NCBI GenBank assembly: GCA_016929255.1 | Contig: JAFGJH010000029.1 | Span: forward strand, 375 to 64,374 | Source: Candidatus Woesearchaeota archaeon | GTDB taxonomy: Archaea > Nanobdellota > Nanobdellia > Woesearchaeales > UBA11576 | DNA length: 64,000 bases | Reading direction: 5' to 3' | In this document: piece by piece, positions 21,412 to 30,580 of the stretch | How the letters are laid out: every line of letters begins with the position of its first letter | Numbering within the stretch: position 1 is the first letter of the stretch | The notes under the pieces: model-generated | The model's input: the letters and a program-made list of their open reading frames with translations, nothing else | The model's database searches: none | What the model was told of the DNA's origin: nothing | Position numbers and translations under genes: made by a program

Positions 21412-21875
21412 AGCAGAACACAAACACCAAAGCAGGAATGTACCATCCCAAGAAGATCCTGATGGTCATGAGCGCAGAAGACAGCGAGACAGTCAATATG
21501 CTTGGTCTCGAACTTGTGCTTCAGGGCGCAGATACAGTCCATTCAGAGTCAGATGACCTGACTGCGGCAGTCCTACTGCAGCATAATCAATACGATGTAG
21601 TGATCACAGGAGTGGAGTTTCCGTATGTGGCAGAATACATCAAGAGCCGCAATGACAGCAACAGACCACTCACGGTCGCAGTCAGCACTAACGGCGTCAA
21701 AGCAGATGTCAAAGTGCCTGATGCAAAAGACCTTATTGGGTATGTGAGCCAAAGCCTCCTTGCAGAGCATTACTGCGACCACAGGACAGCGCAGGTACGC
21801 AGGGAAGAGTCAGAGTCTCCTCAGATGGCATATGCCAACCTTGAGATAGCGCTCATGAACGCCCAAGCAGTGTAG
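21408..21875 (+). CDS. Degenerate receiver(REC)-like domain protein
   Basis: KKILMV...LELVLQGA...LLQHNQYDVVITG...PLTVAVST...AD pattern resembles a CheY fold, but the phospho-acceptor Asp position appears to be Gly. Confidence 0.5.
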   Translation: MKQNTNTKAGMYHPKKILMVMSAEDSETVNMLGLELVLQGADTVHSESDDLTAAVLLQHNQYDVVITGVEFPYVAEYIKSRNDSNRPLTVAVSTNGVKADVKVPDAKDLIGYVSQSLLAEHYCDHRTAQVRREESESPQMAYANLEIALMNAQAV

Positions 21876-21909
21876 GCCAAGAAATATTTTCTTTTTTTAT
21901 ACCTGTTTC

Positions 21910-23121
21910 TTATATCTTTATAGTATATACAGGATCCAGCACAGCTGCAATTTCGCACATTCCAATGTCAAGGCAGCGCTGCATCACCTCCCTGCCACGA
22001 TACGTGAACTCCATCTCCCTCATGTTGGACAGTATCTTCTTCCCGACGCTGTTTGCCATCTCTATCTTGAAGTAACGCTTGTCCTTCATCTCAAACACCT
22101 TCTCGACGCTCAAGGCGTCAGGGAACGCGTAGCCGCCGCCATGCGGCAGGACATCTGCCCTGTTCAGCCTGTTGTAGACGCCGAGCTCATCAGCGCGCGA
22201 AGTGAATCCGAGAAGGTCCATCTGGTGCGGCGTGAAGTTATGAACCCCTCTCACAAGATATGAAGGCAGGTCAGCACGGATAGATACGGGAAGCAGCTGG
22301 TCCTTAGAATGAAACATCTGACAGCCAAGGGTTATCTCATTCATGTTCAGCAAACCCTGGTGGGTATGGTTGATCAGTATCTTGCCACCGTAGAATATTT
22401 CCCTGAACGCCAGCTCACGCCTCTTCTTGGCAAAATCCTCTGCAAACATATGGAAATCATGGTAGTCGACAGCGTCGTGACCCCTCAGGATGTACATGGG
22501 ACCGAACGGAGTCTTGACAATCTTGCACATCTCCTTGAGCTGGTTGCTTTCATGCCAGTAGAGGCCCATACCCTTCTCAGTCTCGCCCTTCAGTTCGGGG
22601 CAGCCGGCATGCATTATCACCGCATACTTGGGAAGCTTCAGCTTAGGCTCCTTGGTATCCACCCTGAACACGTCGATGAAATGATTGCCCTTGTAAAAAT
22701 CCCACTTCACACGGACGTCATTTATGTAGCTAGCCTTCTGCTCAAGGTCGAACACCCTCCCCAGGATCGACCTGGGCTTGGGAAGGTCATGCAGCCCGCC
22801 GACAAGCATTCCGCAGCAGTTGGGCATGACATCAAGTATCGTGAACTTCTCACGGCCATTACCCCATGACAATCTGCCTCCGTAAGATATCCCCTGCTCC
22901 CACCTCTGAGCATTCCGGCTTACAGTCTCATCCGGAGTGGTGATGAACGTAGCGTCTGGCGCAAATCCATACTTGTCCTGCACATAATGCATCTTTGCAA
23001 GACCATACTTCATGTTCGCATTGCAGAGATGGGAAGTGCCGTCATTCAGGCCCGTTGAGAAAATGTGCTTCTCAGCCCTGTTCAGAAGACCCTGCTTTGT
23101 GAGTGGGAGCATCTTTTTCAT
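21910..23121 (-). CDS. Divergent RtcB-like protein (RNA ligase fold)
   Basis: Ordered motifs TPD, NCCGM, GNHFIDV, IMHAG, THQG, LPHGGG and terminal K match RtcB PD, CG, GNHF, H, HN, HGAG, K. GGAGG lies 7 nt before ATG 23121. Confidence 0.72.
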   Translation of the reverse strand: MKKMLPLTKQGLLNRAEKHIFSTGLNDGTSHLCNANMKYGLAKMHYVQDKYGFAPDATFITTPDETVSRNAQRWEQGISYGGRLSWGNGREKFTILDVMPNCCGMLVGGLHDLPKPRSILGRVFDLEQKASYINDVRVKWDFYKGNHFIDVFRVDTKEPKLKLPKYAVIMHAGCPELKGETEKGMGLYWHESNQLKEMCKIVKTPFGPMYILRGHDAVDYHDFHMFAEDFAKKRRELAFREIFYGGKILINHTHQGLLNMNEITLGCQMFHSKDQLLPVSIRADLPSYLVRGVHNFTPHQMDLLGFTSRADELGVYNRLNRADVLPHGGGYAFPDALSVEKVFEMKDKRYFKIEMANSVGKKILSNMREMEFTYRGREVMQRCLDIGMCEIAAVLDPVYTIKI

Positions 23122-23343
23122 GTTCATTCCTCCTTGATTCTCGCGACACTCATACCTGCATGGTAAAGCTTGCATATAACCGAAACAGACTCTGTGGCCG
23201 GGCCTATTGTGCAGACAATCTTTGTCTTGAACATGATTCACCTCTTTATACTGCTGAATAAGGAGCTTTTGTTTAAAAAGGTTTCGAGAGATTGGCGAGC
23301 CAATTCAGAAAATTATAAATAATCAGCATGCCAAGATAAGTGC

Positions 23344-23652
23344 ATGGTAGAAGTCCATCCTATCGCGAAGATGCTCGCAGAAAAAGGCATCGAAAGCGTA
23401 GACCTCTCCATGTTTTCTGAAGAGCAGAGGAAGATGATATACTCGCAGGCAGCAGACATACTCATGAGGCTCAACAAGCACGAGTCAGCATTCATAGCGA
23501 TGGAACTCGCAGGCAGGCCGCTACCTGTAGAGCAGCTCAAGAGGATAGCGGAGAACAAGATACTCCTGGGCCAGCACCGCGAGGCATACGATCTTCTCCT
23601 GAAGACAGGGCATAAAGAGCTTGCTGAATTCGTGAAAGCAAACTTCCTATGA
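23344..23652 (+). CDS. Hypothetical helical protein
   Basis: 102-aa ORF downstream of a TATA-like TTATAAAT, with host codon use. Confidence 0.75.
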   Translation: MVEVHPIAKMLAEKGIESVDLSMFSEEQRKMIYSQAADILMRLNKHESAFIAMELAGRPLPVEQLKRIAENKILLGQHREAYDLLLKTGHKELAEFVKANFL

Positions 23653-23688
23653 GCAAAGTTTATTAATGCTTGGACCATATTTCTATCG

Positions 23689-24147
23689 ATGATCAGGCTG
23701 ATATTTGTCGGGCGCACAAAGGAAGACTGGCTCAAGGAGCAGGTCCAAGAGTATGTCAAGAGGATAGGCAAGTTCTCAAGGATACAGGCGGATGAGCTAA
23801 AGGATGAGAAGGTCCTCGGCAAGGACTACGACAAGATAAAGAAGAATGAAGGGGAGAGGATACTGAACCTCATAACAGACGACTATGTCGTCGCGCTCGA
23901 CTCGAACGGGAAATCCCTTGAGTCAAATGAGTTCGCGAAGTCACTGGGCGAGGCAGTGAAGGAGAACAAGAGGATAACCTTCGTGGTTGGCGGTGCCTTG
24001 GGACTGTCAAACGAAGTGCTCAAAAGGGCTGACTTCAAGCTTTCCCTCTCAAAGATGACCCTGACCAACCAGATGGTCAGGCTAATGCTCGTGGAGCAGA
24101 TATACAGGGCATTCACGATAATGGCAGGAATGGAATACCACAAGTGA
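23689..24147 (+). CDS. rlmH: 23S rRNA m3Psi1915 methyltransferase RlmH (SPOUT)
   Basis: EYVKRI, EGERIL, VALDSNGK, FVVGGALG, LSLSKMTL, LVEQIYRAFTI, EYHK. Confidence 0.95.
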   Translation: MIRLIFVGRTKEDWLKEQVQEYVKRIGKFSRIQADELKDEKVLGKDYDKIKKNEGERILNLITDDYVVALDSNGKSLESNEFAKSLGEAVKENKRITFVVGGALGLSNEVLKRADFKLSLSKMTLTNQMVRLMLVEQIYRAFTIMAGMEYHK

Positions 24148-24185
24148 GAAAAGTTTATTAAGAGACATAGGTTCTTTTTCTCATC

Positions 24186-24815
24186 ATGAAGATGCTTTTC
24201 ATAGAAGCAAAGTCATCTTTAGGCAAGGCAGAGTTCGACGCGTCAGGCCTGCCGAAACGGGTGGGGATAGTCACGACCATCCAGCACCTGGCTGAGATGA
24301 AGAAGGTCGTCGATTACCTGTGGAAGAAGGAGATAAAGGCTGTCGTGGCAGGACAGGTGCTGGGCTGTGATGCCAGCGCTGCCTTGAGGCACAAAGGGGA
24401 TGTGGACGCATTCCTCTATGTCGGAACAGGCGAGTTCCACCCGATCGGCGTGGCCCTGCAGACCGGCAAGCCTGTGTTCATCCTGCATCCGGAGACAATG
24501 CAGATACGCAAGCTTGATGACAGAGAGATAGAGAGGATACGCAAGAAAAAGAAAGGCATGCTTGCGAAGTTCCACAGCTCGGCAAACATCGGAGTGCTCA
24601 TGACTACAAAGGCAGGGCAGGGCACTGTCCAGGGCGGGCTCAAGAAGGTGCAGGAGCTCGATAAGAAGCACCCCTGCAAGAGATTCTATTATTTCATCTG
24701 CGACACGCTCAACTTCTCCGAGCTTGAGAACTTCCCGTTCATCGAGTGCTGGCTCAACACCATGTGCCCCAGAGTGATGGAGGATATCAGTGTCCTGAAT
24801 GTGGAGGACCTGTAA
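24186..24815 (+). CDS. dph2: Diphthamide synthesis Dph2-like protein, N-terminally truncated
   Basis: TTIQH, GQVLGC, YVGTGEFHP, TTKAGQ, NTMCPR. Only 209 aa. Confidence 0.85.
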   Translation: MKMLFIEAKSSLGKAEFDASGLPKRVGIVTTIQHLAEMKKVVDYLWKKEIKAVVAGQVLGCDASAALRHKGDVDAFLYVGTGEFHPIGVALQTGKPVFILHPETMQIRKLDDREIERIRKKKKGMLAKFHSSANIGVLMTTKAGQGTVQGGLKKVQELDKKHPCKRFYYFICDTLNFSELENFPFIECWLNTMCPRVMEDISVLNVEDL

Positions 24816-24827
24816 GGGTGAACAAGG

Positions 24828-25604
24828 ATGTTCCTAAAATACCTCGACCTGCATAACAAGATACTTCGCGATGCAGCAGACCCTGACAAGGTCGCTGAAG
24901 AGCTGGTCCAAAACGGGTATTATGTCGTCGGAGTAAACTCACACAATGACGGCGCAGAAATCAAGAACAAAGAGCACTACTACAAATTCTTCGAGACCCA
25001 TTTCGAGATATTCGAGAAGAAAGGACTTCTCATACTCCCCGCAGTAGAGATAAAGATGAGGGATGACAATTATGAAACACTGCCCGGGCTGATAGATGAG
25101 TTCTCCAGAAAATACGTACCTGTAGGGCACAAAGGAGAGACCCACCACGTGCCTTTCCTGGTGTTCGTGCACGGAGGCGCAGCAGAGGCCAATACCATGA
25201 CCTGCAAAGACACGAAAGCAGACCTTCTGTGCCATCCTGAAAAAGAAGGGGGCGTTCTGACGCTCGAGAACGCACGCGATGCCGCAAAGAATGACGTAGG
25301 AATAGAAGTGAACTACAGGGAATACAAGTTCAGCGAAGAGAAAGAGGAGCACAGATCAAGAGTGATGGACACCCTGTCAAAAGTCAAGAAAGCTGGGGGA
25401 AAGCTATTCCTTTTCTCAGCCACCATAAAAGAAGGGGAGCTGGTGCACATAAAAGAACTGGTGGAATACGGCAAGGCACTTCACGAAGACCTCGTGCATG
25501 AAAGCATACAGAACGTGCACTCACTGCTCATGGCAAAGTATGGCAAACTTCTTGAGAAGACGCACTACAGCATTGATGCGATGAAAGAAAGTCACGGAGT
25601 CTGA
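24828..25604 (+). CDS. RNase P subunit Rpp30-like / PHP-fold protein
   Basis: YLDLH, VHGGAAEAN..C....DLLCHPE, AAKNDVGIEVNY match the Rpp30 pattern. Confidence 0.6.
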   Translation: MFLKYLDLHNKILRDAADPDKVAEELVQNGYYVVGVNSHNDGAEIKNKEHYYKFFETHFEIFEKKGLLILPAVEIKMRDDNYETLPGLIDEFSRKYVPVGHKGETHHVPFLVFVHGGAAEANTMTCKDTKADLLCHPEKEGGVLTLENARDAAKNDVGIEVNYREYKFSEEKEEHRSRVMDTLSKVKKAGGKLFLFSATIKEGELVHIKELVEYGKALHEDLVHESIQNVHSLLMAKYGKLLEKTHYSIDAMKESHGV

Positions 25605-25607
25605 GCA

Positions 25608-26495
25608 TTACAGGTGCAGTGCCTTTAGCTCTCTGCGGACATACTCTATATTTTTCCTTACAATCCCTTCCTGGTGATCCCTTGTCTGCTCATGCAGGCC
25701 TTTAGTATGACCCTCTATAGATATTATACCTTTGTAACCCTTACCTATGAGATGACTAAAAACATTATCCAGATACGCGTGCGGGATGTCAGTCATGTGG
25801 AACGGAACGTGCACCTTGTCTTTTGAATGCCCGCTCACATGGACGTGGATGATATCCTCTTCCATCCAGTCCAAGAACTCCAGCGGCTTGTCTTCACCGT
25901 TCGTGAATGCATGTATGAGATCAAAAGTGATGCCGAGGTTCTCCGAGCCTATCTTGTGCAGTATCTTCTGGACATGTTCCGGCTCAATGATGAACTCTTT
26001 CGGCCGTTTCTCCATCGGTTCAAGGCCTATAAACACCCCCAATTCTTCACCGCGTTTAGTGAGCTGCCTGAACGCATCGATCTGCAGTCGCCAATACTCG
26101 TCATCAGCTGTCTCATCCTCCTTGTCAGTATGACCTGGGTGGACAGTTATGATATTTAAGCCCAATTCGTTAGCCAGTTCCACTGCCTTGAGGACCATCT
26201 TCAGCGACTTTTCCCTGAACATCTTGTCTTTTGAACTGATATTGTACTTCCTGGCAGGGTCATTGAGGTCCCTTAGAGGGCAATGGATGACTCCAACCAT
26301 ATCATTCTCTTTCAGGGCAGCTTTGACTTTTTCGACAGAAGTCAATCCCTTCCCGACCTGTTGGTCAAGGAACTCAGGCCACAGCTCTATCGCCTCGTAA
26401 CCCGCGCGGGCCATGATTGCTACAGCTTCGTGAATAGGGTAAAGAGAAAGCAGCTTGTTGCTGGTCGCAATCCTGTTCTTCAGCTTTACCGGCAT
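25608..26495 (-). CDS. Sugar-phosphate isomerase/epimerase (AP endonuclease 2 TIM barrel)
   Basis: GYEAIEL, IHCP, TVHPG, GLEPME, FDLIHA, HVHVS, HVP, ISIEG. True start MPVKL at 26495. The longer track ORF overlaps the HDAC gene. Confidence 0.88.
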   Translation of the reverse strand: MPVKLKNRIATSNKLLSLYPIHEAVAIMARAGYEAIELWPEFLDQQVGKGLTSVEKVKAALKENDMVGVIHCPLRDLNDPARKYNISSKDKMFREKSLKMVLKAVELANELGLNIITVHPGHTDKEDETADDEYWRLQIDAFRQLTKRGEELGVFIGLEPMEKRPKEFIIEPEHVQKILHKIGSENLGITFDLIHAFTNGEDKPLEFLDWMEEDIIHVHVSGHSKDKVHVPFHMTDIPHAYLDNVFSHLIGKGYKGIISIEGHTKGLHEQTRDHQEGIVRKNIEYVRRELKALHL

Positions 26496-26549
26496 CGTAT
26501 GGTGAAAAGATTTAAATACATATTTAAATATTGTTGTTATAAGGGGTGA

Positions 26550-27656
26550 ATGATGAGACTTATCTCGCATAAGATATTCTTGAAGCATGACATGCATGCG
26601 CATCCTGAAAGGGCTGAGAGGATCAGGAAAGCCATGAAACTCTTTCCATATGAGAAAGCGAAAGACGGCGAGCAATACCTGACCAAGGTGCACACGCAGA
26701 GGTACATACAGAAGGTCAAAGAGAATTCCGCGCTTGCAGAAGGCCATGTAAGATACATGGATGCAGGCGAGACATACGTATGCAAAGATACGTACAAAGC
26801 AGCATGCTATGCTGCCGGCGCGGCAGTGCAGGCAGCAGAATACGCCATCAATAAACAGCAGGCATTCGCGCTGGTCAGGCCGCCAGGACACCACGCGCAC
26901 CCTGACTGGACAAACGGATTCTGCATATTCAACAACATGGCTGTCGCGGCAGTGCATCTCGCAGAGAAGAAAGAGCGGGTGCTTATCATCGACATTGACC
27001 TGCACAGGGGGGACGGGACAGCAGACTGCGTGAACCTGCACAACCCAAAGCTCGGCGACAGGCTGTTCTACTTCTCGATAAACCAGTACGGAGTGTTTCC
27101 AGGCATGGCGATAGACGAAGGCAGCATAAAGAACGTCTATGTGGAAGCAGGGCTGAAAGAGGAGGAGTACATCACGATACTGAAGCGAGAGCTGCCGCCG
27201 CTGATCCGCAGGTTCAAGCCCACAGTGATAGGCATATCCGCAGGGTTCGACTCTTTCGCGACAGACAAGGAGACATACTCCTCACAACTCGGCTGCGGCC
27301 TCCCTTTGACAAGGAAGGGGATAACAGAACTGAAAGGTATCATCAAAGGGCTGCCTTATTTCGCGGTGCTCGAGGGAGGATACAACCCTGAAAGCGTGGT
27401 CGAGGGAGTTGCCGCTTTCCTGGGAGTCGCGGTGAAAGAGGAGAAGAAGCCCGCCGAGAAAAAGATGCCTGCAAAAAGACCTGAAGCCAGAAAATCACCA
27501 AAAAAAACAATAAAAAATAAGCCTGCTGCAAAAAAGATACGCAAGTCAGTTTTGGCGACCAAGGCAAAGGGGAAAGCTGCTAGAGCAAAGAAGGCAACCA
27601 GGGTTAAGAAGCCAGCAAGACCAAAGAAAGCAGTGAAGAAATCCAAGAAAAGATAG
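26550..27656 (+). CDS. Histone deacetylase family protein with Lys/Ala-rich C-terminal tail
   Basis: HPERAER, RPPGHHA, GFCIFNN, IDIDLHRGDGT, SAGFD, LEGGY, followed by ~70 aa of K/A/P/R. Confidence 0.93.
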   Translation: MMRLISHKIFLKHDMHAHPERAERIRKAMKLFPYEKAKDGEQYLTKVHTQRYIQKVKENSALAEGHVRYMDAGETYVCKDTYKAACYAAGAAVQAAEYAINKQQAFALVRPPGHHAHPDWTNGFCIFNNMAVAAVHLAEKKERVLIIDIDLHRGDGTADCVNLHNPKLGDRLFYFSINQYGVFPGMAIDEGSIKNVYVEAGLKEEEYITILKRELPPLIRRFKPTVIGISAGFDSFATDKETYSSQLGCGLPLTRKGITELKGIIKGLPYFAVLEGGYNPESVVEGVAAFLGVAVKEEKKPAEKKMPAKRPEARKSPKKTIKNKPAAKKIRKSVLATKAKGKAARAKKATRVKKPARPKKAVKKSKKR

Positions 27657-28223
27657 CTACCACTTCATGATCTCCTCATTCATCTTCTCTATCCTATCCC
27701 AGTTCCTCTTCATTTTGACATTAGACCTCTGTATGAGAAGTCTGAGATAGTCATCATCAACAAGGAGCCTCCCTTCCCGGGATATTATGGTATCTATATG
27801 CTCGGTTCCTATAATCTCAACCACCTTCCTGCTGCCGAGAGATATTATGCCTGACCGCTTGATGCCCAGGTCCTGGGCTAACCTGAGGAGACGGCAGGCA
27901 TCATCCACTGTCCTGCAGGCGACATGGAGTATGAAAGGCTCGAACCTGAACCACACCTCCTCTTCAGGGAGAGTGCTGAGCTCATTCTTCATGTTGTAGA
28001 ATCCAGCCTCATCATGCGAGACAAAAAGCCATTCTGCCTCATCCTTCCTGCCGCCCGGAGGCACCTTTATCAGCACGATGCGGCCAGAGCAGGAAGAGGT
28101 TGTGTAATAGTCCTGATTGGAGTTTATCAGGTCACAGAGGCATTTTATGTGGCTGTCTATGCTGCCCTTCACAGACTTGTCTTCCTTTTCAAGAAATGTG
28201 CGTTTCTCAGCCTCAAACACCAT
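27657..28223 (-). CDS. taw3: tRNA wyosine-pathway methyltransferase Taw3/TYW3
   Basis: DKSVKGSID, YYTTSSCSGRI, WLFVSH, EPFILHV, KRSGI. Confidence 0.93.
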   Translation of the reverse strand: MVFEAEKRTFLEKEDKSVKGSIDSHIKCLCDLINSNQDYYTTSSCSGRIVLIKVPPGGRKDEAEWLFVSHDEAGFYNMKNELSTLPEEEVWFRFEPFILHVACRTVDDACRLLRLAQDLGIKRSGIISLGSRKVVEIIGTEHIDTIISREGRLLVDDDYLRLLIQRSNVKMKRNWDRIEKMNEEIMKW

Positions 28224-28390
28224 CCAGAAAATAATGCAGCAGAAGTTTATATGTTTTTATGTTTTATCCGAAAAAGACCAACAGATTTACAATATTTAAA
28301 TTTTTCGTTTCGTAGTCACTGAATGGTGGTTATAAATTCGATATGTTTAAATAAAAGATGATGCCTCCTGAGAGCATATAAGGGGGAACC

Positions 28391-28930
28391 ATGGCATTTT
28401 TTTTCAGCGACAATCCTATAGCATTGTTCTTGGCACTGGTGCTGATAGTCATAGTCCTCAAAGCAGCCCTGTCCAAGCATAAGTGGTTCCAGGGAGGAAA
28501 AACAGCCTACGTGACACTCATAGTGATCATCGCCATCATATTCCTAATAGCATACTCTCCCCTGCTTAAGGTCGTGAGCATAGGAGTGCCTTACTTCATC
28601 ATGGTCGTGATGTTCCTTGTCGCATTGGCAGGCATATACCTTGTCATGGGCGCGCATAAAGAAAAAATATGGCCTATGATGAAAGACGTCGGCCTGCTCA
28701 AGGTCTCTGTGCAGATATTCATCATCTGCTGCATAGCATTCGCAGCAAGCCAGGTCTACGGAGAGAAGCTGCTCAAGGAGCCGAAAGTCTCTTTCGCAGA
28801 CCCGATGATACCTGACAAAGAGCCTGCCCAGATAGACTTTGCCCCCCTGTTCACAAAGCAGGCGCTCGGCATGACATTACTGATCATAGTGCTTGCGCTG
28901 GCATTCTTCTTCGTGAACATGGCAAGATAG
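28391..28930 (+). CDS. Multi-pass membrane protein
   Basis: GGGGG RBS and about five hydrophobic segments. Confidence 0.8.
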   Translation: MAFFFSDNPIALFLALVLIVIVLKAALSKHKWFQGGKTAYVTLIVIIAIIFLIAYSPLLKVVSIGVPYFIMVVMFLVALAGIYLVMGAHKEKIWPMMKDVGLLKVSVQIFIICCIAFAASQVYGEKLLKEPKVSFADPMIPDKEPAQIDFAPLFTKQALGMTLLIIVLALAFFFVNMAR

Positions 28931-28945
28931 CAAGACAGAAAATAA

Positions 28946-30469
28946 TCATATCCTGAAGCACATGTCGAACATGGCCTTTCTCGCGCGCCTGAAGTCGGTG
29001 GTGTATGCTCTGTCGTAGCCGACATCAGAGATATTCATCATGTTCAGCCACTCGCGCTCACCGCGGTTGGCGGTCTTCACATCACCATCCTCTTTCCTCA
29101 AGACCAATACCTGGCCCTGCACCTTCTGCTCAAAATCTATCTGGTCATGCAGCGGGAAGACAAAAGGGTTGAGGACCCTGCTGCCCTCATCCAGCTCATG
29201 CTTCATGTAATCGCAGGCGAGCGCCACGACATGCATGTCCGCGTATGATGCCTTGTACTGGCTCCTCCGGTGCATCACAGCCATGTAGCGCGAATCATCG
29301 CACCCGCAATGGCAGTCGAGGTCAGGCCACATAGAATAAGCCTTCGCAGGCATGCTCCTGTAAGAAGGTATGCCGCTGACCCAGGGATCATGGTTCGTCC
29401 TCGAGCCTGACTTGGACATCACAGCGCCGGTCGCTGCATGGGCGCGGCTGTCCCTGAGGCCAGTCACCTCCCGTTTCTTCACGTCAAAACCGTGGCTCTC
29501 AAGATACCCCAAGAACGCAGAGTAGAGATGGATGCGCATCCCCATCGAGTCGTTCGTCGTCAGCAATACCTTGGGGTGATGGACGTCGAATCCCCTGAAA
29601 GTGATTGTAAAGTAATCCTTGCAGTCTGAAAGAGCATCAAAAGCCCTTTTGTAGAACTGTTCGGGCGTGAGCCTGTTCTCCTCGAACTCCACCCGGGTCT
29701 TGCTCCGCGGAATGAGATAGACCCTCTCGAAAGAAGGCAGGCTGTCGACTATCCTCTCGGCGAGCGACTGCAGATTGCGGTCCTGCATCATCCGGACAGC
29801 CTTTCTCCTCGCACCAGCATACTTTTTTTCCCCGCTCTTCAACAGCCGGTCAAGCTTAAGGCCAAACCTCTTCTCAATCTCCTTACTGACATTGTACCTT
29901 ATGAAAGCGTCGACAGACTCTTCACGCGAAGGCTTCACGTCCTTGATGAGCCTCTGCGAGAAAGGGGCGGGCAGCTCAAACCTGCTGTCAAGCAGCACGA
30001 CCTGGTAATCCGCGGCGTTGCGGATGGCTCCTGCTGCATCTTTCCTGCCATTGACATCCACCACAACGCCTGCGTCCCTCAACCTCTGGATGAGATTCTG
30101 ATAATTGCTGACCTTGCCAAGTTCCGGCAATGGCGCGAGAGCCTGCTCCAGCGGGATCCCCGCATCAACATTCCTAAGGATGTTCTCCAGAAGCCTCTTT
30201 GTAGACCTACGGTTCTTCAAGGCCTGCCTCGCAGCGAGGTTCGCCGGGTTGACCCCAAGATCGTGCACTTCCTGCTTTATCTCTGCCTCAAGCCTGCTGA
30301 TGCCATTTCCGATAGTCCCGCGCTCATTGCCTTCATAAAGCCTAAGCCTTCCTACCACCTTGTCAAGGCGCTCATTGTAGCGCCTGATTGCATTAAGAAC
30401 TATGTCCTGCCTTTCAGGCATTTCCAGCACCCTCCGGCGGACTTTGTCTGGATCTATCGCCCCAACCAT
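28946..30469 (-). CDS. Hypothetical protein with SWIM-like zinc-finger motif
   Basis: 507-aa ORF with DCHCGCDD...ADMHVVA near the C-terminus. Confidence 0.7.
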   Translation of the reverse strand: MVGAIDPDKVRRRVLEMPERQDIVLNAIRRYNERLDKVVGRLRLYEGNERGTIGNGISRLEAEIKQEVHDLGVNPANLAARQALKNRRSTKRLLENILRNVDAGIPLEQALAPLPELGKVSNYQNLIQRLRDAGVVVDVNGRKDAAGAIRNAADYQVVLLDSRFELPAPFSQRLIKDVKPSREESVDAFIRYNVSKEIEKRFGLKLDRLLKSGEKKYAGARRKAVRMMQDRNLQSLAERIVDSLPSFERVYLIPRSKTRVEFEENRLTPEQFYKRAFDALSDCKDYFTITFRGFDVHHPKVLLTTNDSMGMRIHLYSAFLGYLESHGFDVKKREVTGLRDSRAHAATGAVMSKSGSRTNHDPWVSGIPSYRSMPAKAYSMWPDLDCHCGCDDSRYMAVMHRRSQYKASYADMHVVALACDYMKHELDEGSRVLNPFVFPLHDQIDFEQKVQGQVLVLRKEDGDVKTANRGEREWLNMMNISDVGYDRAYTTDFRRARKAMFDMCFRI

Positions 30470-30580
30470 GCATCATTATAGGTGTGGAAAATATATTAAT
30501 TATTGTGGTGAACTTGTTCACCTCCAAAAAATGTCATGTTTTTGGGAAGGTTTATAAATGCCTGCAGAAAAAGGCTCTGC

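Noticed and set aside
26496-27041. N-terminal extension of the 477-aa track ORF
   Set aside because: Antisense to the HDAC gene. The real protein starts at 26495.
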